24,000 bases of DNA from an uncultured Anaerolineae bacterium (GTDB lineage: Bacteria; Chloroflexota; Anaerolineae; Anaerolineales; Villigracilaceae). The position numbers and the translations under genes were made by a program. Under the pieces are notes generated by a model. That model was not told where the DNA came from and searched no databases. It saw nothing but the letters and a program-made list of their open reading frames with translations. The stretch spans positions 102,772 to 126,771 of the forward strand of contig CAIQVH010000014.1 of assembly GCA_903875215.1 (NCBI GenBank), written 5' to 3'. Below are positions 16,454 to 24,000 of the stretch, one piece after another (positions within the stretch are counted from its first letter, which is position 1; each line of letters starts with the position of its first letter).

Positions 16454-18796
16454 ATGACTCACGCGTTTGCCATCCATGTTACCGGCATTGTACAAGGCGT
16501 CGGTTTTCGACCCTTTGTTTATAACCTGGCCCAGCGTCACCATCTGACGGGCTGGGTAAAAAACACTTCGGGCGGGGTGGAAATTGAAGCGGAAGGGGGG
16601 CAGGCCGAACTTGTCGCTTTTATGGAAGGACTGCGGGCGGAATTGCCACCCCTGGCGCGACTGGAAACCTTCAACGCGAGCGAACATCCGGCCTCAGGCT
16701 TCCGCAGCTTTGAAATTCTGCATTCCGAAGCACAGCCCGGCGCTTTTCAGCCGATCTCGCCCGACGTGGCCGTCTGCCCCGATTGTCTGCATGAAATGAA
16801 CGATCCGCGCGACCGGCGTTACCGTTACCCTTTTATCAACTGCACCAACTGCGGCCCGCGCTTCACCATCATCCAGGATATTCCCTACGACCGCCCGCAG
16901 ACGACCATGGCGCCTTTTGTAATGTGTCCCGCCTGCGCTGCCGAATATGCTGACCCGGCCAATCGCCGCTTTCACGCTCAGCCGGTGGCCTGCCCGGAGT
17001 GTGGCCCCAAGATTTGGCTGGAGGAATTTCCCGCCGCTCAAAATGGCAAACGCTCGGTGCTGATTTCGGTCGGTGAAGAAGGCTTGCAGCGTGCCCGCCG
17101 CCAGTTGGCCAGTGGGAAAATCCTGGCCATTAAGGGTCTGGGAGGCTTCCACCTGGCCTGTGATGCCACCCAGCGCGGCGCAGTGCTGGAGCTTCGGCGC
17201 CGCAAGCTGCGGGTGGATAAACCATTTGCCGTGATGATGCCTGATTTTGCGATGGTCAAGCGTCACTGCCACGTCAGCGAGGCAGAGCGCGCTCTGCTGG
17301 AATCTCCGGCGCATCCCATCGTATTGCTGCGTCGCCGTTCCACTTCCAGGATTGCCCGCGAAGTAGCTCCCGGACAACGCACCCTGGGTGTAATGCTGCC
17401 TTACACACCTTTGCATCACCTTCTGCTTGAACGGGCCCGGGATATTTCCGAAGTCCTGGTGCTGACCAGCGGCAATCTTTCTGAAGAGCCGATCTGCACC
17501 GATAATGTTGAAGCCCGCACCCGCCTGGCCGACCTGGCGGATGCTTTCCTGATGCACGATCGGGATATTTATATCCGCGCCGATGATTCAGTGGTCCGGG
17601 TGCGGCGCCAGCCGTTGGCCGGCAGCCCGGAAAGCGTCGCTCCACTCTATCCGTTGCGACGGGCCCGCGGTTACTCGCCTTTCCCGGTGCGCCTGCCCTG
17701 GCCTGTGGCTCCACTCCTCGCTGCCGGCGCAGAGTTGAAGAACACCTTCTGCCTGACGCATGACCACTACGCTTTTCTCAGTCACCACATCGGCGACCTG
17801 GAAAATTACGAAACCCTGCAATCCTTCGAGGCCGGGATCGCCCACTTCGAAAAATTGTTCCGCGTCCAGCCGGCGGCCCTGGCGTGCGACCTGCACCCCA
17901 ATTACCTGGCCACCCGCTACGCCCAGGAACGCGCCCGGCGCGAAAACCTGCCCCTTTTCAGCATCCAGCATCATCACGCACACCTGGCGGCACTGATGGC
18001 AGAACATGGACTGGATGGCTCACATCCGGTCATTGGGGTGGCATTTGACGGCACTGGCTATGGCAGCGATGGTGCAATTTGGGGCGGTGAATTTTTAATC
18101 GCGGATTACGCCGGTTTCAAACGCGCCGCACACCTGCAATATTTTCCGCTCCCCGGCGGAGATGCCGCCACCCGCCGCCCGGCTCGCGCCGCTCTGGGCC
18201 TGCTGCACGCCCTCGGCCTGGAATGGGATGAAGCCCTGCCCACCCACACCGAGCTGTGCTACGAAGACCGCACGGCGCTGCGCTCGCAACTACAGCACCA
18301 GATTAACTCCCCGCTTACCTCCAGCATGGGCCGGTTGTTCGATGCCGCCGCGGCGCTGGCCGGAGTCCGCCAGCAGGTTAATTACGAGGCCCAGGCTGCA
18401 ATCGAATTTGAAGCCCTGGCAGACCCCGATGAAGCCGGCTTCTATCCTTTTGAAAGCGGGAAACAGATCAATCCCCGCCCCGCAATCGAAGCCCTGGTGA
18501 GCGATTTCCGGGCCGGGGTAACCGCCTCGCGAATTTCGGCGCGTTTTCACAATGGCGTGGCGCGCATGGTGCTCGAGACCTGTCTGCGCCTGAGCGACCT
18601 GTATGACCTTTCGGAAGTCGCCCTTTCAGGAGGCGTCTGGCAAAACATGACCCTGCTGGAAAACACGCTGGCCCTGCTGGAAAAAGCCGGCTTCACGGTC
18701 TATCTTCACGCGCAAGTCCCCACCAATGACGGCGGCCTGGCACTCGGGCAGGCTGCCTGCGCGGCCAGCCAGTTGAAAATCGGCTCACATTCTTAA
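16454..18796 (+). CDS. hypF: [NiFe]-hydrogenase maturation carbamoyltransferase HypF
   Basis: Acylphosphatase domain VQGVGFRPFV. Two zinc-finger pairs (CPDC...CTNCGPRFTII and CPAC...CPECGP). YrdC-like region and Kae1-like C-terminal domain. 780 aa. Confidence 0.95.
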   Translation: MTHAFAIHVTGIVQGVGFRPFVYNLAQRHHLTGWVKNTSGGVEIEAEGGQAELVAFMEGLRAELPPLARLETFNASEHPASGFRSFEILHSEAQPGAFQPISPDVAVCPDCLHEMNDPRDRRYRYPFINCTNCGPRFTIIQDIPYDRPQTTMAPFVMCPACAAEYADPANRRFHAQPVACPECGPKIWLEEFPAAQNGKRSVLISVGEEGLQRARRQLASGKILAIKGLGGFHLACDATQRGAVLELRRRKLRVDKPFAVMMPDFAMVKRHCHVSEAERALLESPAHPIVLLRRRSTSRIAREVAPGQRTLGVMLPYTPLHHLLLERARDISEVLVLTSGNLSEEPICTDNVEARTRLADLADAFLMHDRDIYIRADDSVVRVRRQPLAGSPESVAPLYPLRRARGYSPFPVRLPWPVAPLLAAGAELKNTFCLTHDHYAFLSHHIGDLENYETLQSFEAGIAHFEKLFRVQPAALACDLHPNYLATRYAQERARRENLPLFSIQHHHAHLAALMAEHGLDGSHPVIGVAFDGTGYGSDGAIWGGEFLIADYAGFKRAAHLQYFPLPGGDAATRRPARAALGLLHALGLEWDEALPTHTELCYEDRTALRSQLQHQINSPLTSSMGRLFDAAAALAGVRQQVNYEAQAAIEFEALADPDEAGFYPFESGKQINPRPAIEALVSDFRAGVTASRISARFHNGVARMVLETCLRLSDLYDLSEVALSGGVWQNMTLLENTLALLEKAGFTVYLHAQVPTNDGGLALGQAACAASQLKIGSHS

Positions 18797-18827
18797 CCTG
18801 TCTGCGTTCATGCTTTTGGAGGCCCCC

Positions 18828-19097
18828 ATGTGTTTAGGCGTACCGGGAAAAATCATCAACATTTTTGAAAAAGACGGCCTGCCGATGGCCAAAGTGGATT
18901 TTGGCGGCGGCGTTACCCGCGAAACCTGCCTGGCATACATCCCCGAAGCGCGGGTGGGCGATTACACCATCATTCACGTTGGCTTTGCGCTCAACCTGCT
19001 CAGCGAGGCCGAAGCCCTGGAAACATTGGCCCTGTTGCAAGAAATCGCCGACCTGGGCGAGGAACTTGGGCCTGAACTGGGGAGCGGCGATTTGTGA
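18828..19097 (+). CDS. hypC: Hydrogenase assembly chaperone HypC/HupF family
   Basis: The start is set so that the protein begins MCLGVPGKI, with the essential Cys2. GGAGG RBS upstream. The track ORF begins 18 nt earlier. Confidence 0.93.
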   Translation: MCLGVPGKIINIFEKDGLPMAKVDFGGGVTRETCLAYIPEARVGDYTIIHVGFALNLLSEAEALETLALLQEIADLGEELGPELGSGDL

Positions 19098-19149
19098 AGC
19101 GGACGCCTTCACTCCCCTTTCACCAGCCAGATCACGGAACTGCCCAGCC

Positions 19150-20247
19150 ATGACCAACCCATCTTTCGATTTTACCAACTCCTTTCGCGACGCAGCGTTG
19201 GTAAAAAAAGTGATCGAAGAAATTCGCCGCACGGTGACGCGCCCCTGGGTGCTGATGGAAATCTGCGGAGGACAAACCCACTCGATCGTGCGCCACGGTC
19301 TTGATCAGCTTCTGCCACCGGAAATTGAGCTGGTTCACGGCCCCGGTTGTCCCGTCTGCGTGACTCCGCTGGAGCAGATTGACCGCGCCCTGGCGATCGC
19401 CAGCCGCCCTGAGGTGATTTTCACCTCCTACGGCGACATGCTGCGCGTTCCCGGCTCAGGGCGTGACCTGTTCTCGGTCAAAGCCTCAGGCGGCGATGTG
19501 CGCGTGGTCTATTCTCCGCTCGATGCGCTGAAAATCGCACGCGAAAACCCTCAAAAGCAGGTGGTTTTCTTCGCCATCGGATTTGAGACGACTGCCCCAC
19601 CCAATTGCATGGCGGTTCGGCAGGCCCAGGCCCTCGGGCTGGATAATTTTTCGGTGCTGGTTTCGCATGTGCGGGTGCCCCCGGCCATCCGCGCTATCCT
19701 GGGCTCGCCTGCCAACCGTGTGCAGGGCTTTTTGCTGGCGGGGCACGTTTGCTCGGTGATGGGCTACTGGGAATATCCGCCGCTGGCGCAGCAATATCGG
19801 GTGCCGATGGTGGTGACCGGTTTTGAGCCGCTTGATCTGGTGAATGGCATTCTCGAAACGGTGAAACGGCTCGAGGCGGGTATCGTCGAGGTGGCGAATG
19901 GCTATTCGAGGCTGGTCACGTTTGAGGGTAACTCATCCGCTCAAAAAATGATATCTGACACCTTCATGGAATGCGATCGCGCCTGGCGCGGAATTGGCGT
20001 CATTCCACAGAGCGGCTGGTGTTTGCGGCCGGAATATGACCTGTTCAACGCGGAGAAGCGCTTCGATGTGGCTGCGATTGCGCCGCGTGAATCGCCGTTG
20101 TGCGTGGCCGGGCAAATTATGCAGGGGTTGAAAAAGCCGCATGATTGTCCCGCCTTTGGCCGCGAATGTGCGCCCGAACATCCCCTGGGCGCGACGATGG
20201 TTTCCTCGGAAGGCGCCTGTGCGGCGTATTACAAATATGGACGGTGA
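19150..20247 (+). CDS. hypD: Hydrogenase maturation Fe-S protein HypD
   Basis: Motifs [18 protein letters not shown] and SHVRVPPA. The start at the ATG at 19150 gives a typical ~365 aa. The track ORF 18865..20247 has a spurious N-terminal extension overlapping hypC. Confidence 0.93.
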   Translation: MTNPSFDFTNSFRDAALVKKVIEEIRRTVTRPWVLMEICGGQTHSIVRHGLDQLLPPEIELVHGPGCPVCVTPLEQIDRALAIASRPEVIFTSYGDMLRVPGSGRDLFSVKASGGDVRVVYSPLDALKIARENPQKQVVFFAIGFETTAPPNCMAVRQAQALGLDNFSVLVSHVRVPPAIRAILGSPANRVQGFLLAGHVCSVMGYWEYPPLAQQYRVPMVVTGFEPLDLVNGILETVKRLEAGIVEVANGYSRLVTFEGNSSAQKMISDTFMECDRAWRGIGVIPQSGWCLRPEYDLFNAEKRFDVAAIAPRESPLCVAGQIMQGLKKPHDCPAFGRECAPEHPLGATMVSSEGACAAYYKYGR

Positions 20248-20251
20248 GCGC

Positions 20252-21307
20252 ATGGATATTCCTGATGTTACTGGCGCGGTTTGCCCGGTGCCTTTGACCC
20301 ATGATGAGCAGATTGTGATGGGGCATGGCTCGGGGGGAAAAATGGCGGCGGATTTGATCGCCAAAATTTTTCTGCCGGTGTTCGATAACCCGGCTCTGCG
20401 CGCGGGAGATGATGGGGCGGTGGTGGAATTGCCAGCCGGGAGAATCGCCGTCAGCACTGATTCGCACGTGGTGTATCCGCTATTTTTTCCGGGTGGGGAT
20501 ATTGGCCGGCTGGCTGTGTGCGGCACGGTCAACGATGTGGCCATGATGGGGGCCCAGCCTGCTTTTCTGACGGCGGGTTTTATCCTGGAGGAGGGGCTGG
20601 CGCTGGCCACGCTGCAGCGGGTGGCCGCTTCGATGCAGGCCGCCGCGGCTGAAGCGGGAGTCCAGATTATCAGCGGGGATACCAAGGTGGTGCAGCGCGG
20701 TAAAGCGGACGGGTTGTATATCAATACGACCGGCCTGGGGGCTGTGCCGCCGGGCCGCAAGCTTGGCGGCGCGCAGGCCCAGCCGGGAGATGCTGTTTTG
20801 TTGAGCGGTTCGATGGGGGATCATGGCATTGCGGTGCTGGCGGCGCGCGGCGAACTGGGGTTTGAAACGGATGTGCAGAGTGACTGCGCACCGTTGAATG
20901 GCCTGATCGCTGATTTGTTGGCTGCCTGTCCTGCTGTGCATGTTCTGCGAGACCCGACACGCGGCGGGGTGGCGACCACGCTTAACGAGATTGCTACGCA
21001 ATCTGCGACGTGTATCACGTTGTTTGAGAAAAACCTGCCGGTGCGCCCGGCGGTGGCGGCGGTGTGCGAGATGCTCGGGTTTGATCCACTCTACGTGGCG
21101 AATGAGGGCAAAGTGCTGGTGATTTTACCGCGCGAAAATGCCGATCTGGCGCTGCAAGTTTTGCGCCGTTCGAAATATGGCGCCGACGCGGCTTTGATCG
21201 GCGAAGTGGGCCAGTCTCCACAGGGGCGGGTGCTGATGAAAACAGCGCTGGGCACAACCCGGGTGGTGGATATGCTGGCCGGGGAAATGCTGCCAAGGAT
21301 TTGTTAA
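20252..21307 (+). CDS. hypE: Hydrogenase maturation carbamoyl dehydratase HypE
   Basis: AIR-synthase-like fold motifs (MGHGSGG, GDTKV). Diagnostic C-terminal PRIC. I chose the ATG at 20252, which is preceded by GGTGAG. An alternative ATG at 20237 overlaps hypD. Confidence 0.93.
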   Translation: MDIPDVTGAVCPVPLTHDEQIVMGHGSGGKMAADLIAKIFLPVFDNPALRAGDDGAVVELPAGRIAVSTDSHVVYPLFFPGGDIGRLAVCGTVNDVAMMGAQPAFLTAGFILEEGLALATLQRVAASMQAAAAEAGVQIISGDTKVVQRGKADGLYINTTGLGAVPPGRKLGGAQAQPGDAVLLSGSMGDHGIAVLAARGELGFETDVQSDCAPLNGLIADLLAACPAVHVLRDPTRGGVATTLNEIATQSATCITLFEKNLPVRPAVAAVCEMLGFDPLYVANEGKVLVILPRENADLALQVLRRSKYGADAALIGEVGQSPQGRVLMKTALGTTRVVDMLAGEMLPRIC

Positions 21308-21342
21308 AAAAAAGGAGCGGCGATGAGCCGCTCCTTTTTTTT
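21306..21342. terminator. Bidirectional rho-independent terminator between convergent hypE and the PPIase gene
   Basis: A8, then GGAGCGGC, GATGA loop, GCCGCTCC, then T8. It fills the 35-nt gap between the two stop codons (21305-07 and 21343-45). Confidence 0.78.
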
Positions 21343-22017
<675 letters not shown>

Positions 22018-22082
22018 GTTGTTTCTCCTTGAAGTTCAAAATGAATGGGTTTGATTTTATCTCATAACTCGCGCGGCAGGCC

Positions 22083-22694
22083 TTAGAAGCCGAGCAATCC
22101 GCGGCCCAATTGGTACAGGCCGAAAGCCGCCAGCGCCAGGGCAGAAGAACCCAACAGCGCACGGCTGGCGCGTTCTCCAAACTGCCGCGCCGCGCCGAAG
22201 AGCGCCATCAGGGTCATCAGGCCGCCGATCAGGACGGTGTAAAAAACCGCCAGGAACCCCAGCCCGTACCAGGGATTTTTCTGCCAGCCGGAAAGCAGGA
22301 TCGGGCCGGTGACCAGGCTCCAGTAGAGATAGGGCAGCGGGCTGAGAGCATTCATCAGCGCGGCCCGTAACACGCTGTAGCCGGTTTCCGTGGCCGGGGC
22401 AGTTGTCAGGCTGGAAAATCCTCGCCATTGCTGAAAAGCCCCCCAGGCCAGAAAGAGAATAAATCCGCCCCCGGCCAGGTTTAATCCGCGCTGCAGCCAT
22501 TGGGGCAGCTGGCTGAGCAGCAACAACGAGATCGCAATGATCGGCCCATCGCTGAGCAGTGGTGCGAAAGCGTTGACCCACGTCCGCTTGAAGCCGTGCG
22601 CCAGGGTTTGCGAGATCAGGTAGGCGATGAACGGCCCAGGCTGGACCGCGGCGGCAAAGCCCAGGGTCAATCCTTGTAAGAGAAAGGGGAGCAT
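22083..22694 (-). CDS. LysE/RhtB-family amino-acid exporter
   Basis: 203 aa with about 6 TM helices. The N-terminal GLTLGFAAAVQPGPFIAYLISQTL is typical of the LysE family. The start is 3 nt after the upstream stop. Confidence 0.87.
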   Translation of the reverse strand: MLPFLLQGLTLGFAAAVQPGPFIAYLISQTLAHGFKRTWVNAFAPLLSDGPIIAISLLLLSQLPQWLQRGLNLAGGGFILFLAWGAFQQWRGFSSLTTAPATETGYSVLRAALMNALSPLPYLYWSLVTGPILLSGWQKNPWYGLGFLAVFYTVLIGGLMTLMALFGAARQFGERASRALLGSSALALAAFGLYQLGRGLLGF

Positions 22695-22697
22695 GAT

Positions 22698-23939
22698 TCA
22701 GGGTTGCGGGGAGGGGATGGGGGTTGGCTGGCTGGCGCGCAGGATCCGCGGGGCGATCCACAGTGCGCGGTCTCCGGTGGCCGGGCCAAAGGCTTTTATT
22801 TGCAGGATGAATTTGACTTCCTGCCCGCTCAATGCAGACAAATCTACATCCACCGGGAAGGTCTTGCCGTCATAAATCTCACCGATGCTCCACAGGTTGG
22901 TGATTGGGCCACTGCCGACCTGGGAATCGAGGCTGAACATCACCAGGCACGAACTGGCGCCGCCTTCGCAGCCAACGGTGGATTGGAAGTGGTCGCCGGC
23001 CTGGATTTTGAAGGGTGGGTAGGCGCCGAAGATATAGCCATCCTGGGTATTTTGTGGGACAGTCAACAGGCCTGGCAGGGTGGAAATGGAGCCATCTTCC
23101 TGGGTTGGGTTGGCGAGATTCAGGATAAAGCCTTGTGCGTCTCCGTCGTTACCGGGGCAGGCCAGGACGCCCGGGCCGCTCAGCCAGGTCGCAGCGCAGG
23201 CGTTGGCTGACAAATCGAAGGCCGTGCCGCTGAGACTGGTCGAGTTGACGTTGATATCGACCCATAACGGTCTGTCTGACAGGTCTCCGGCGCCGAAGGT
23301 TTTCCCTGCAGCATTTTTGAGCAGCCACAAGCCGCGGTAATGGCCGGGGTACGCCGGCGAGAGCAGGTTGGCGGAGATTTCCACGAGTTGGCCGGGTGCC
23401 ACTTCTTGCCCGAGCGGGATGGATGTGACGAGGCCCATCTGGTCGCCGCTGCTGAAGTTCAGGCTGTAGTCGGTGCTCCAGGAGCAGGTGCCGACGTTTT
23501 TGAACTGCCAAGTCTTGGTGAAAAACTGGCCAGGATCGATCGTGGTTCCATCCGGGATGGTTACGTCGGAGACGAACAGGATGCGGTCACAGCTCAGGTC
23601 GGGTGTGGCGGTGGGGGTTTTGGATGGGGTTGGGGTGCGAGTGGCCGTCCAGGTGGCGCTGGGCGTGAAGGTCCTGGTGGGTGTGGAAGTGCGCGTGGCC
23701 GTAGGAGTGTGGGTGCGCGTCGGGGTGCGTGAAGGAGTCCGCGTTTGGGAAGGCGTGCTGGTTGGCGTGTTGGATGGGGTAAGGGTGGATGTTCGGGTGT
23801 GCGTGGGCGTGAACGTGCGCGTGAAGGTAGCCGTCGAAGTGCGGGTGTTGGTGGCGGTGCGCGTAAAGGTGGCGGTGGGGGTGCGTGTGAAGGTGGAGGT
23901 CGGTGTGGCGCTGGCGGTTCGGTTGGCGGATCGACGAGC
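22698..23939 (-). CDS. Secreted-type protein with a Thr-alternating linker, an NBR1-like Ig domain and a C-terminal uncharacterised beta-rich domain. The start is unresolved (possible frameshift or pseudogene).
   Basis: The frame is open from 23939 down to the stop at 22698-22700. The NBR1-like pattern [45 protein letters not shown]...[19 protein letters not shown] spans the only ATG (23438). Starting at that ATG, as in the 246-aa track ORF, would therefore cut the domain in half. No ATG, GTG or TTG exists in frame between 23939 and 23438, and an in-frame TGA sits at 23942-23940. Confidence 0.55.
   Translation of the reverse strand, partial: ARRSANRTASATPTSTFTRTPTATFTRTATNTRTSTATFTRTFTPTHTRTSTLTPSNTPTSTPSQTRTPSRTPTRTHTPTATRTSTPTRTFTPSATWTATRTPTPSKTPTATPDLSCDRILFVSDVTIPDGTTIDPGQFFTKTWQFKNVGTCSWSTDYSLNFSSGDQMGLVTSIPLGQEVAPGQLVEISANLLSPAYPGHYRGLWLLKNAAGKTFGAGDLSDRPLWVDINVNSTSLSGTAFDLSANACAATWLSGPGVLACPGNDGDAQGFILNLANPTQEDGSISTLPGLLTVPQNTQDGYIFGAYPPFKIQAGDHFQSTVGCEGGASSCLVMFSLDSQVGSGPITNLWSIGEIYDGKTFPVDVDLSALSGQEVKFILQIKAFGPATGDRALWIAPRILRASQPTPIPSPQP
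23601..23921 (-). repeat. 6-nt-periodic low-complexity coding repeat encoding about 50 consecutive X-Thr/Ser dipeptides
   Basis: Hand translation gives [106 protein letters not shown]. Every second residue is T, or S in 6 cases. Confidence 0.8.
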
Positions 23940-24000
23940 TCAAGCCCAACTCCTTGATTGTGCGAACCGCGGTGGAAGGGCCAGGCAACACGGCGGGTAA

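Noticed and set aside
16694-17557. 287-aa minus-strand ORF inside hypF
   Set aside because: HypF motifs on the plus strand are unambiguous. The antisense ORF has no motifs and a GC-biased composition.
18865-19149. N-terminal 95-aa extension of the hypD track ORF
   Set aside because: It overlaps hypC in another frame and is Trp/Lys/Pro/Ala-rich nonsense. HypD-like sequence starts only at the ATG at 19150.
19933-20760. 275-aa minus-strand ORF spanning the hypD/hypE junction
   Set aside because: It is antisense to two strongly supported hyp genes and has an Arg/Pro/Ser/Thr-rich phantom composition.
22057-22761. 234-aa minus-strand ORF overlapping the LysE gene in another frame
   Set aside because: The Pro/Arg/Ala-rich sequence has no TM helices. 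The 22083..22694 frame gives a coherent LysE-family membrane protein.
23601-23921. Possible CRISPR array or G-quadruplex-forming tract, given the G-rich periodic plus strand
   Set aside because: The periodicity is 6 nt, matching a codon pair, with no repeat-spacer organisation. G-runs of 3 or more are too few and too irregular to argue for a stable quadruplex. A coding explanation suffices.
23587-23991. His-rich 134-aa minus-strand ORF (HxHxH pattern), which could be taken for a metal-binding protein
   Set aside because: It is a frame-shifted reading of the ACN-NNN periodic repeat. The Thr-alternating frame is contiguous with the recognisable NBR1-like domain. Only its N-terminal ~25 codons (23991-23920, frame open to the window edge) may be real, as discussed in the frameshift finding.
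23473-24000. Val/Gly/Arg-rich 175-aa plus-strand ORF and a 70-aa Gly/Arg-rich ORF over the same repeat
   Set aside because: These are antisense readings of the 6-nt periodic repeat. They have no start context or motifs and are artefacts of stop-free repeat composition.

Overview
High-GC bacterial chromosomal segment, with gene content weakly reminiscent of Chloroflexota (inference only). A clearly lower-GC insert lies at about 8.6-15.36 kb. Left to right: (1) a minus-strand cell-envelope pair, a partial membrane-anchored protein running off the left edge and a DUF348/G5/3D YabE-like lipoprotein, divergent from a hypothetical Cys/His protein. (2) A four-gene MacB/FtsX-type ABC export module: two paralogous ATPases, a double-FtsX permease and an HlyD-type adaptor. 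The second ATPase has a degenerate signature motif and a C-terminal cyclic-nucleotide-binding-like domain. (3) A standalone CBS-pair protein with its own promoter and terminator. (4) The AT-richer block, which encodes homologues of all seven E. coli sgc genes plus HPr: DeoR regulator, PTS IIB, IIC, M42 peptidase, BtpA/SgcQ, ribulose-phosphate-3-epimerase paralogue and IIA. The sgc substrate is unknown even in E. coli, and no mobility genes are visible. (5) A complete [NiFe]-hydrogenase maturation operon hypA-B-F-C-D-E, with no hydrogenase structural genes in the window. (6) A convergent minus-strand unit: a secreted NBR1-like Ig-domain protein, a LysE-family exporter and a membrane-anchored cyclophilin. 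The NBR1-like gene carries about 50 consecutive X-Thr/Ser dipeptides, and its reading frame has no usable start upstream of the domain, so it may be frameshifted. I saw no rRNA, tRNA, CRISPR array, transposase or integrase. All family assignments rest on motif recognition by eye, with no database search.
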